Of a stretch of 24,000 nt of DNA, positions 16,896 to 23,962 are shown in pieces (positions within the stretch are counted from its first letter, which is position 1; each line of letters starts with the position of its first letter). The notes beneath the pieces are model-generated. The model made no database searches. It had not been told where the DNA came from and was given only the letters and a program-made list of their open reading frames with translations. The DNA is from Firmicutes bacterium UBA3553. Its GTDB lineage: Bacteria; Bacillota; Clostridia; Tissierellales; Sedimentibacteraceae. A program made the position numbers and the translations under genes. The stretch spans positions 57,994 to 81,993 of the forward strand of contig DFOA01000041.1 in assembly GCA_002381185.1 (NCBI GenBank), written 5' to 3'.

Positions 16896-18593
16896 ATGAA
16901 TAAATTTGATATAAACAGAAAGCAGAAATTATATGAAATGATATCGGTTTTAAAGCTGATATCATTGATGATATGTGGAATTGTAATTTTTGCGCAATAT
17001 CCGGCAGATGTTTTCAATGTTCAATTTAACTTGGCAAAAAACGGAGGAATTATTTTCTTCAATTTTGTATGTGTGGCTGTATTTGTTTTAATAAGTGAAG
17101 GATGGTTATATTCTGTAAAAGAAAGTCAAGCTATTTCAAAAATTAATCTGAGAGGGCTAATAGAAAATTTTATACTGATATTTATATATACAACACTGAT
17201 ATTTATATCCGGATTTCATGAAAGCCAATATAAATTTTTATATTTATTTATTATTATTGCAAACACCATCCAATATGGTATGAAAATAGGTATAGCCACC
17301 GCAATTTTAAATTCTCTTACAATTTTAGCAATTGATATCATAGGAGTTGAGTACGGTATTATTAACAAGTATTTCGAATCAGACCTGGTGATGTCGGGCG
17401 TGTTTATTATAGTGGCATGGATGTTAGGCTACTATGCAAATTTAGAAAATGAATACAGAGATAAGGCTGTGCATTTAGTGAATGTAGACGAATTAACCGG
17501 TGTTTACAATCACAGGTATTTTCAGAACATTCTATCAGAACATATAGATAAAGCGTCGGAGAATAATAAAAGTATATTTCTGCTGTTCATAGACATAGAT
17601 CATTTCAAATATTACAACGATCTTTACGGACATAGTGCAGGAGATGTTGTGCTGGGCAGTATTGGCGAGGTTTTAAAGAAAAATGTAAGAGAACAAGATG
17701 TAGTCGCACGATACGGTGGTGAAGAATTTGCTGTAATATTGCCTGATGTCTCAGAAGAGGAGGCCTTCAATATAGGAAACAGATTGAGGGATGCAGTTGA
17801 AAACACTTATTTTGATGGTGAAGAAAACCAGCCTAACGGTAAAATAACCATATCAGTAGGAGTATCCTCCTATCCTTTAAAGGCAAAAACTAAAAAGGAA
17901 CTTATTAATACCGCAGATGATGCGCTGTACCGGGCTAAGTTTTTTAATAAGAACAGGGTTGAAAGCTATTATTCAGTGTTGGAAGAGTTAAAATCAGATA
18001 TTGATGAACAGCATATTGATTTGATAAGTTCAATAAAAACATTAATAAGCGTCATCAATGCAAAAGACCGGTATACATATGCCCATACAGACAGAGTTGT
18101 AATTTACTGCGAATTAATGAGTCATCACTTAGGGCTGGGCGATAACGACAAGAAGCTTTTACGATACGGTGCGTATCTGCACGATATAGGCAAAATACAA
18201 ATATCAAAAGATATATTAATTAAGAGAACCAGATTAAGTGATGAGGAGTGGAAGATTCTTAAAGAGCATCCGGCAAATGGTGTGGATATAATAAAGACAG
18301 TATCTGCACTCAAGGATGTTTGTCCCATTATACTTCATCATCACGAGCGTTATGATGGAACTGGGTATCCTGAAGGCCTAAAGGGTGAAGAAATTCCTTT
18401 TCTGGTAAGAATTTTAAGCATTGCTGACAGTTTTGACGCCATGACTTCCAACAGGCCTTACAGTCAAAGGAAAAGCTATGATGAGGCTGTGCAGGAAATT
18501 AAAAACTGCGGCGGATCTCAGTTTGATCTGGAAATTGTAAATGAATTTATTAAAATGCTGGATGAAAATAAAAATAAACTGGATTTTATTTAA
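16896..18593 (+). CDS. Membrane-anchored bifunctional c-di-GMP enzyme: about 6 TM sensor region + GGDEF diguanylate cyclase + HD-GYP phosphodiesterase
   Basis: About 185 aa of hydrophobic segments. The GGDEF domain shows DELTGVYNHRYF, IDIDHFKYYNDLYGH, RYGGEEFAV (17715-17729), I-site REQD and DDALYRAKFFNKNRV. The HD-GYP domain shows YTYAHTDRV, GAYLHDIGK and HHHERYDGTGYP (18336-18371). Confidence 0.92.
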   Translation: MNKFDINRKQKLYEMISVLKLISLMICGIVIFAQYPADVFNVQFNLAKNGGIIFFNFVCVAVFVLISEGWLYSVKESQAISKINLRGLIENFILIFIYTTLIFISGFHESQYKFLYLFIIIANTIQYGMKIGIATAILNSLTILAIDIIGVEYGIINKYFESDLVMSGVFIIVAWMLGYYANLENEYRDKAVHLVNVDELTGVYNHRYFQNILSEHIDKASENNKSIFLLFIDIDHFKYYNDLYGHSAGDVVLGSIGEVLKKNVREQDVVARYGGEEFAVILPDVSEEEAFNIGNRLRDAVENTYFDGEENQPNGKITISVGVSSYPLKAKTKKELINTADDALYRAKFFNKNRVESYYSVLEELKSDIDEQHIDLISSIKTLISVINAKDRYTYAHTDRVVIYCELMSHHLGLGDNDKKLLRYGAYLHDIGKIQISKDILIKRTRLSDEEWKILKEHPANGVDIIKTVSALKDVCPIILHHHERYDGTGYPEGLKGEEIPFLVRILSIADSFDAMTSNRPYSQRKSYDEAVQEIKNCGGSQFDLEIVNEFIKMLDENKNKLDFI

Positions 18594-18630
18594 CCGGGTG
18601 AAGAATTGTTTCATGCTGACTCAATACTTA

Positions 18631-18669
18631 CAGTAAAAGTCCCTGACTTTTGGTTGAGGACTTTTACTG
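18631..18669. terminator. Terminator hairpin between convergent genes
   Basis: 12-bp perfect stem CAGTAAAAGTCC (18631-18642) / GGACTTTTACTG (18658-18669) with a 15-nt loop, followed on the + strand by CTGTTTGTTTG. Confidence 0.6.
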
Positions 18670-18687
18670 CTGTTTGTTTGAAAAAGA

Positions 18688-19647
18688 TTAGTTATTTACC
18701 ACATTTATAGGATTTCCTTCTAAAAATTTAACTAGATTTTCTGTTGTGTAATCCAATAGTCTTTTTCTTGATTCTATGGGTGCCCATGCTATGTGGGGAG
18801 TTATAATCATGTTTTTGGCATCCAACAGGGGATTATCGTTTTTAATAGGCTCCGAAGAAACAACATCACAGGCTGCAGCTGCTACTTTTCCGCTGTTTAA
18901 TGCATCTCTTAAATCTAGTTCTTCAATTAAGGGGCCTCTGGAAGTATTAATTATAATTACTCCGTCTTTCATTTTAGAGATAGTATTTTTATTAATAATA
19001 CCCTGGGTCGATGGAGTTAACGGGCAGTGAAGCGCAATAACATCAGACTCCTTTATCAAGGTATCCAAATCAACATATTTACAATTTTCATTTTCCAGAG
19101 CGGGATTTGGATGGCTGGCATTTGCTAAAACCTTCATGCCCAGTGCCTGAGCAATTTGCCCCGTTCTTTGCCCGATTCTGCCGTAGCCTATAATTCCCAT
19201 TGTCTTGCTCTCAAGTTCAATCAACGGATAATTCCAGAAGCTCCAATCCTCGCTGTTTGCCCAGTCTCCATTTTTAACTGCTCTGTTGTGCTCTCCGATA
19301 TGGTGGCATATTTCCAATAAAAGCGCAATAGTGAATTGTCCTACAGCAGCGGTACCATATGTTGGTATATTAGTCACAATGATGTTTCTCTCTTTAGCGG
19401 CGGACACATCTACTATGTTATATCCAGTTGCCAGAACACCTATGTATTTTATGTTTTTGCATTTTTCTATTGTCTCTCTTGAAACTGGAGCTTTGTTGGT
19501 CAATACAATTTCAGCATCACCGATTCTTTCGGCAGTCAGTTCGGCAGGTGTTCTGTCGTAAATTGAAACATCACCTAATTCCTTCAGCTTATCCCAGGAC
19601 AAGTCTCCGGGATTTGTTGCATATCCATCTAAAACAACTATTTTCAT
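18688..19647 (-). CDS. D-isomer-specific 2-hydroxyacid dehydrogenase (glycerate dehydrogenase / hydroxypyruvate reductase-like)
   Basis: MKIVVLDGYATNPGDLSW N-terminus, NAD fold GIIGYGRIGQ, and the catalytic region SRGPLIEE...HIAW (Arg/Glu/His triad context). The ATG at 19647 lies 8 nt after GGAG. The track GTG at 19656 overlaps that SD. Confidence 0.88.
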   Translation of the reverse strand: MKIVVLDGYATNPGDLSWDKLKELGDVSIYDRTPAELTAERIGDAEIVLTNKAPVSRETIEKCKNIKYIGVLATGYNIVDVSAAKERNIIVTNIPTYGTAAVGQFTIALLLEICHHIGEHNRAVKNGDWANSEDWSFWNYPLIELESKTMGIIGYGRIGQRTGQIAQALGMKVLANASHPNPALENENCKYVDLDTLIKESDVIALHCPLTPSTQGIINKNTISKMKDGVIIINTSRGPLIEELDLRDALNSGKVAAAACDVVSSEPIKNDNPLLDAKNMIITPHIAWAPIESRKRLLDYTTENLVKFLEGNPINVVNN

Positions 19648-19661
19648 ATGTATCACTCCAA

Positions 19662-19704
19662 GTTATATTATTTAAATATTAATTATTATTTTAAATAATA
19701 TAAC
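19662..19704. promoter_or_regulatory. Perfect 15-bp inverted repeat in the divergent intergenic region; candidate operator or 5'-UTR hairpin
   Basis: GTTATATTATTTAAA (19662-19676) / TTTAAATAATATAAC (19690-19704) with a 13-nt spacer. It starts 3 nt beyond the SD of the dehydrogenase gene. Confidence 0.3.
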
Positions 19705-19901
19705 ATATGCAAAAAGATAACAAGCGTTTTCAATTAAATTTTTACAGATCTCTCCATTTTACAGAATTATAAATGCTTGACCGATTGTAATATTCTGTTT
19801 TTAAGTGTATTATGTTATAAGAGTATTTTTCTGGTAATTTATATTGCCAGATATATTATAGAAACTTATTTTATGATTTATTGAAAAATATGGAGGATTT
19901 T

Positions 19902-20669
19902 ATGAAAAATGCATTGAAAGAAAAATTAAACCAAGGCAAGTCAGTGTTTGGAACTTTTATTATGACCAGCGGATTAGATACTGCAGAGATATTATCATAT
20001 ACGGGAGTAGACTGTATAATGATAGACGGAGAACACGGCTCAATGAGTTTAGAAACTGCGGGCAGAATGGTGTCCTTAATTAAAAATACAAAGACAACAC
20101 CGCTCTTGAGAGTTCCTTCAAATGAAATTTCTTTGGTTAAAAGAGGACTGGATACCGGTACAGCAGGATTAATGATTCCTATGATTAATACAAGGGAAGA
20201 TGCTGAAAGGGCTGTTCAATATTGCAAATATCCCCCAATGGGAGTAAGAGGCATGGGAGCAGGAAGGGCTGTTTTGTTCGGAGCTCCTGCGGATGAAATT
20301 AAAGACTACTATGCAAAAGCCAATGACGAGGTGTTAATAATTGTTCAAATTGAACATTACCTTGCTGTTGAAAATATAGATGAAATACTTTCTGTTCCAG
20401 GAATTGACATAGCATTTGTGGGACCGATGGATATGAGCACTTCAATGGGGCTCACAGGACAGTTAAATCATCCTGATGTGCAAAACAATTGCAGAAAGGT
20501 TATAGAATCCTGCAGAAAGAATAATGTTGTTCCGGGAACTATGACATGGGCAGGAGGTATGAAGCAGCACCTGGATATGGGATTTAAGTTCCTTTTGGGA
20601 GGAATTGACGGGCAAATATTGTATAACGGAGTAAAACAGCTTGTTGATGAATACAAATCCAAATTGTAA
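19902..20669 (+). CDS. HpcH/HpaI-family class II aldolase (2-keto-3-deoxy-acid aldolase type)
   Basis: LKEKLNQGKSVFGTF......DCIMIDGEHGS...LRVP...GLMIPMINTREDAERAVQYCKYPPMGVRG...VQIE...IDIAFVGPMD is the family pattern. The ATG at 19902 follows GGAGGA (19892-19897). The track start is the TTG at 19881. Confidence 0.85.
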   Translation: MKNALKEKLNQGKSVFGTFIMTSGLDTAEILSYTGVDCIMIDGEHGSMSLETAGRMVSLIKNTKTTPLLRVPSNEISLVKRGLDTGTAGLMIPMINTREDAERAVQYCKYPPMGVRGMGAGRAVLFGAPADEIKDYYAKANDEVLIIVQIEHYLAVENIDEILSVPGIDIAFVGPMDMSTSMGLTGQLNHPDVQNNCRKVIESCRKNNVVPGTMTWAGGMKQHLDMGFKFLLGGIDGQILYNGVKQLVDEYKSKL

Positions 20670-20886
20670 TAATCATTTTCTTGAACCTCGGGTGAAATAC
20701 TAATATTTTCAGATGGTGGAAATTACTTTGTCATCTGACATATTTAGCTCTTTGACTTTTAGTGTCATATGTGTAAAAATAAATAAATGCAATGAGAACG
20801 TCAGCCGTCTCTCATATTACATTGTGGTTTTAACACAGATATTCAATATTTCTATTGAATATAAGACATTAAAGGAGGACTTTAAA

Positions 20887-21813
20887 ATGATTAAAAAAAG
20901 ATTATCGTTAATATTGTCGGTAGTGATGATTACGGCATTTACAGTGCCAAGTGTTGCATTTGGTGCTGATTATACTGATCATTGGGCCGAAGCTACTATA
21001 CAGGAATGGTTTAACAATGAAAAAATATCAGGTTATGAAGATGGATCATTTAAGCCTGAAAACTCTATAACAAGAGCAGAGTTCATGACAATGGTCAACA
21101 GTGCATATGATTTCGAGGAGCTGGCAGACATAAGCTATGCCGACGCTGACTCTGAAGAATGGTATTATGCAGAGATTCAAAAAGCAGTTAAGGCCGGATA
21201 TATTGTAGGTGACGATGAGGATACTGTAAGACCTGCTGATGAAATTACCAGACAGGAAGTTGCCGTTGTTATTACAAGACTGAATGAACTTGAGCAAAAT
21301 GCTGACGTATCTGTGTTTGCCGATAGAGATGAAATAGCAGACTGGGCAGCCGGATATGCAGGAGCAGTTTTAAAGTCCGGATACATGATAGGCGATGACA
21401 ACAAAAATTTCAATCCCACAAATGATATAACCAGAGCTGAGGCATTGGTTACTTTGGACAGGTCAATGAAAGACAAGGCTGAAGATGCGGAAATAAATGA
21501 ACTTTCAGTTGAAGGCGCGGAATTAGAACAGGCATTTGATGCAGAAAGAACGACATACAGTGCCATTGCGGCAAATGATGTGACAGAAGTTACAATAACA
21601 GCAGATGTTGCTGAAGATGCAGAAGTCAGCTTCTCTTCCAATGTAAAAGATTCAGATATTAAAGTTACAACAGCATCAGCTATAGAAGGCGGCGTTGTAT
21701 ATACAGCTGATGCAGCTTTATCTGATTCAGAAGATACAGTTGTAAACATAACAGTGTCACAAGAAGGATTAAAAGACAGAGTTTACACAATTACGTTCAG
21801 TAAAGAAGAATAA
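20887..21813 (+). CDS. Secreted S-layer-homology (3x SLH) cell-surface protein with a C-terminal cadherin-like beta-sandwich-type domain
   Basis: Signal peptide MIKKRLSLILSVVMITAFTVPSVAFG. Three SLH repeats each end in ITRAEF / ITRQEV / ITRAEA. The C-terminal region ELSVEGAELEQAFDAERTTYSA...VTITA...VYTITFSK is the cadherin-like type. AAAGGAGGA RBS. The upstream 58 codons in the track ORF lack an RBS and a signal peptide. Confidence 0.85.
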   Translation: MIKKRLSLILSVVMITAFTVPSVAFGADYTDHWAEATIQEWFNNEKISGYEDGSFKPENSITRAEFMTMVNSAYDFEELADISYADADSEEWYYAEIQKAVKAGYIVGDDEDTVRPADEITRQEVAVVITRLNELEQNADVSVFADRDEIADWAAGYAGAVLKSGYMIGDDNKNFNPTNDITRAEALVTLDRSMKDKAEDAEINELSVEGAELEQAFDAERTTYSAIAANDVTEVTITADVAEDAEVSFSSNVKDSDIKVTTASAIEGGVVYTADAALSDSEDTVVNITVSQEGLKDRVYTITFSKEE

Positions 21814-21823
21814 ATAACATTCA

Positions 21824-21860
21824 GGACCTTTCGTCAAAATGAGAAAGGTTCTATTTTTTT
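21824..21860 (+). terminator. Rho-independent terminator after the SLH gene
   Basis: GGACCTTTC (21824-21832) / GAAAGGTTC (21843-21851), 9 bp including one G-U pair, with a 10-nt loop, then TATTTTTTT. Confidence 0.75.
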
Positions 21861-21917
21861 GTGGAAAAATCATTTTTTTAGTGGTAGACTGATATATATT
21901 TATTATAAGGAGACATT

Positions 21918-22457
21918 ATGAAGGAATTTCTTGACATTTACTTGACGTTTTTAAAAATAAGCTCTGTTACCTTTGGAGGAGGCATGGCAATGCTGCCGAT
22001 TCTTCAGCGTGAAATTGTTAAAAACAAATCTTGGGTGACAGATGAAGAAGTTATGGATTACTACGCGCTAAGCCAAGGCTTGCCTGGTATTTTGGCTATA
22101 AATGTATCTTCCATGATTGGCTATCATAAAAAGGGAATTTTGGGAGACATTGCAGCCGGCCTTGGAATTATATCACCATGCATTATAATTATTACGGTAC
22201 TGACCGCATTTATAACCAATTTCAGAGACATTGAAATAGTAAGGCATGCCTTTGCCGGAATAACACTTGGGGCGACGGCCTTAATATTCAGTGCAATTAA
22301 AGGCCTTTGGAAGAAAAGCCTTGTGGATAAGTATTGTATTGGAATATTTATAATAACATTTTTATTAATGATAATTTTTGATTTATCTCCTATTGTATTA
22401 ATTATAATCGGTGCTATATCAGGAATAATAACTAAGAAAACAGGTGCGAAATTATGA
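21918..22457 (+). CDS. chrA: Chromate ion transporter (CHR) family protein, short-chain half-size subunit 1
   Basis: FLKISSVTFGGGMAMLPILQREIV...WVTDEEVMDYYALSQGLPG is the Chromate_transp signature. The protein is 179 aa with about 5-6 TM. RBS AAGGAG. Confidence 0.85.
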   Translation: MKEFLDIYLTFLKISSVTFGGGMAMLPILQREIVKNKSWVTDEEVMDYYALSQGLPGILAINVSSMIGYHKKGILGDIAAGLGIISPCIIIITVLTAFITNFRDIEIVRHAFAGITLGATALIFSAIKGLWKKSLVDKYCIGIFIITFLLMIIFDLSPIVLIIIGAISGIITKKTGAKL

Positions 22458-23014
22458 TATATCTGCAATTGGCGTATGAATTTTTCGTTATAGGACTATT
22501 TACCTTTGGAGGAGGGCTGGCAACCATTCCGCTTTTAAAGGACTTAGCCGAAAGAACCGGATGGTATGAGGTTTCATTCATAACAGATATGATTGCAATA
22601 TCTGAATCTACACCAGGACCTATCGGAATCAACATGGCAACATATGTAGGAAATGAAGTTGCGGGATTTATGGGCGGAGTGCTTGCAACAATTGCAGAGA
22701 TATTGCCTTCAATTATAATTGTGGCATTGGTTTCCAGATTTGTGACTAAGTTTAAAAACAATTCAAGTTTTAAAAATGCTTTTTACGGTATCAGGCCTGC
22801 GGTTACCGGAATACTTGCAGTTGTTGGAATTGAATTGCTGAGTGTTGCCGTAATCCGCACTGACATGATTCCGGTACATGGAATTCTCGGAAGTATTGAT
22901 ATATTAAAATCGGTAATATTTTTAATTGTTTTTTATTTAATTGTTAAGTTTGATAAACATCCTGTATTGTATATTTTGCTTTCAGGCCTCATTGGCATTA
23001 TATTAAAGCTATAG
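22454..23014 (+). CDS. chrA: Chromate ion transporter (CHR) family protein, short-chain half-size subunit 2
   Basis: FFVIGLFTFGGGLATIPLLKDLAERTGW...ITDMIAISESTPGPIGIN is a second copy of the CHR signature. It overlaps the previous gene by 4 nt (ATGA). Confidence 0.85.
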   Translation: MIYLQLAYEFFVIGLFTFGGGLATIPLLKDLAERTGWYEVSFITDMIAISESTPGPIGINMATYVGNEVAGFMGGVLATIAEILPSIIIVALVSRFVTKFKNNSSFKNAFYGIRPAVTGILAVVGIELLSVAVIRTDMIPVHGILGSIDILKSVIFLIVFYLIVKFDKHPVLYILLSGLIGIILKL

Positions 23015-23016
23015 CA

Positions 23017-23044
23017 AAGACTGCGTACTAAACGCAGTTTTTTA
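23017..23044 (+). terminator. Rho-independent terminator after the CHR pair
   Basis: ACTGCGT (23020-23026) / ACGCAGT (23032-23038) with a 5-nt loop, extendable by A/T pairs, followed by TTTTTT. Confidence 0.75.
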
Positions 23045-23108
23045 TTTAATGGATAATAGTAAAAAATGTGAATACAATAATCCTAAAATCCATTTCAGGA
23101 AGGCAATT

Positions 23109-23840
23109 ATGAGCGCGGTAGAAAGATCATATTCATTTTTATATAAAAAGGTTGTAAAAGCTGTAAATCCATTAAAAAAGAAGGTTATAAAAACCGAATG
23201 CATAGTCCATAAATTTATAAACAATCAGGCTATTGAAATACTTAAAAACGATAGGCACGATGAAATTTATGGCGAACTTTCAAAATATATAGATAATATT
23301 AACGAAGGTGCAGTATGGGCAGATCAGGATTTTAAAAGCAGTAATCACTTTTTTAATCCAAATACAAAAAAGGGGTTATATGGAAACAGTAATGCAAAAA
23401 TAGAGTGCATTGCTTATTATAAACGTGCAATAAAAGAATATTTGCAGGGAGATGTGAAGACAGCTATGTTTTATTTAGGTGCAGCCTGCCATTTGATTCA
23501 GGATTTGACCATACCCCAGCATGCAAACGTGGAGCTTCTCCATAGTCACAGGGCTTATGAAAACTGGGTTATTAAGATGCACAACAAACAGCAGAAATTC
23601 AAGGTGCAAAAAGGAGGAATATATCTTAATTCAATAGAAGGATATATTTATTTAAACACTAAATATGCTCTGGAAACTCACAGGAAATATTCCTGTATTA
23701 AAAACGAACACATGAGATTCCATAAAACCACATCAGTTGTATTGGTTATGGCGCAGAAAACCACGGCAGGATTAATGTATAACTTTTTCTATGACATGCA
23801 AAGATTGAAAGCAATAAAAGCATACAAGGAGAATAAGTAA
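23109..23840 (+). CDS. Zinc-dependent phospholipase C family protein (alpha-toxin N-domain-like), no signal peptide
   Basis: A ligand-like pattern VHKF ... WADQDF ... SNHFFNP ... ACHLIQDLTIPQHA (H-x3-D-x5-H) ... HRAYE. The ATG at 23109 lies 5 nt after GGAAGG. The track ATG at 23049 abuts the upstream terminator and has no RBS. Confidence 0.65.
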   Translation: MSAVERSYSFLYKKVVKAVNPLKKKVIKTECIVHKFINNQAIEILKNDRHDEIYGELSKYIDNINEGAVWADQDFKSSNHFFNPNTKKGLYGNSNAKIECIAYYKRAIKEYLQGDVKTAMFYLGAACHLIQDLTIPQHANVELLHSHRAYENWVIKMHNKQQKFKVQKGGIYLNSIEGYIYLNTKYALETHRKYSCIKNEHMRFHKTTSVVLVMAQKTTAGLMYNFFYDMQRLKAIKAYKENK

Positions 23841-23862
23841 ATTTTATTATTTTAAATACTTA

Positions 23863-23891
23863 TTGACAAAGCGTAACTGGTTACATATAAT
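23863..23891 (+). promoter_or_regulatory. Consensus sigma-A promoter for the next (truncated) gene
   Basis: TTGACA (23863-23868), an exactly 17-nt spacer, then TATAAT (23886-23891). It lies about 72 nt upstream of the ATG at 23963. Confidence 0.7.
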
Positions 23892-23916
23892 AAAAATGTA
23901 ACCAGTTACGCTTTTT
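23868..23916 (+). terminator. Perfect 15-bp inverted repeat + T-tract: terminator of the PLC-like gene and/or operator overlapping the promoter
   Basis: GCGTAACTGGTTACA (23871-23885) / TGTAACCAGTTACGC (23897-23911) with an 11-nt loop that is the -10 box. It is flanked by AAA and TTTTT. Confidence 0.6.
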
Positions 23917-23962
23917 GATTAAAACATTTGCAGCGAAAATAAATTTAAATAAGAGGAAAATA

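Noticed and set aside
20839-20862. Hairpin ATATTCAATA-TTTC-TATTGAATAT in the SLH gene leader
   Set aside because: It is a purely A/T 10-bp stem in AT-rich DNA. It is plausible as a leader structure but too weak to claim.
20713-20886. 58-codon N-terminal extension of the SLH ORF in the track
   Set aside because: There is no SD at 20713. The extension would bury the obvious signal peptide, which starts at the ATG at 20887 preceded by AAAGGAGGA.
21177-21749. 190-aa minus-strand ORF rich in Ser/Ala/Thr
   Set aside because: It is antisense to the SLH protein gene, whose GAx/GCx-rich acidic coding gives an open reverse frame. It has no SD and no recognisable motif.
22124-22761. Two minus-strand ORFs (114 and 109 aa) inside the CHR genes
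   Set aside because: They are antisense shadows of hydrophobic membrane-protein genes.
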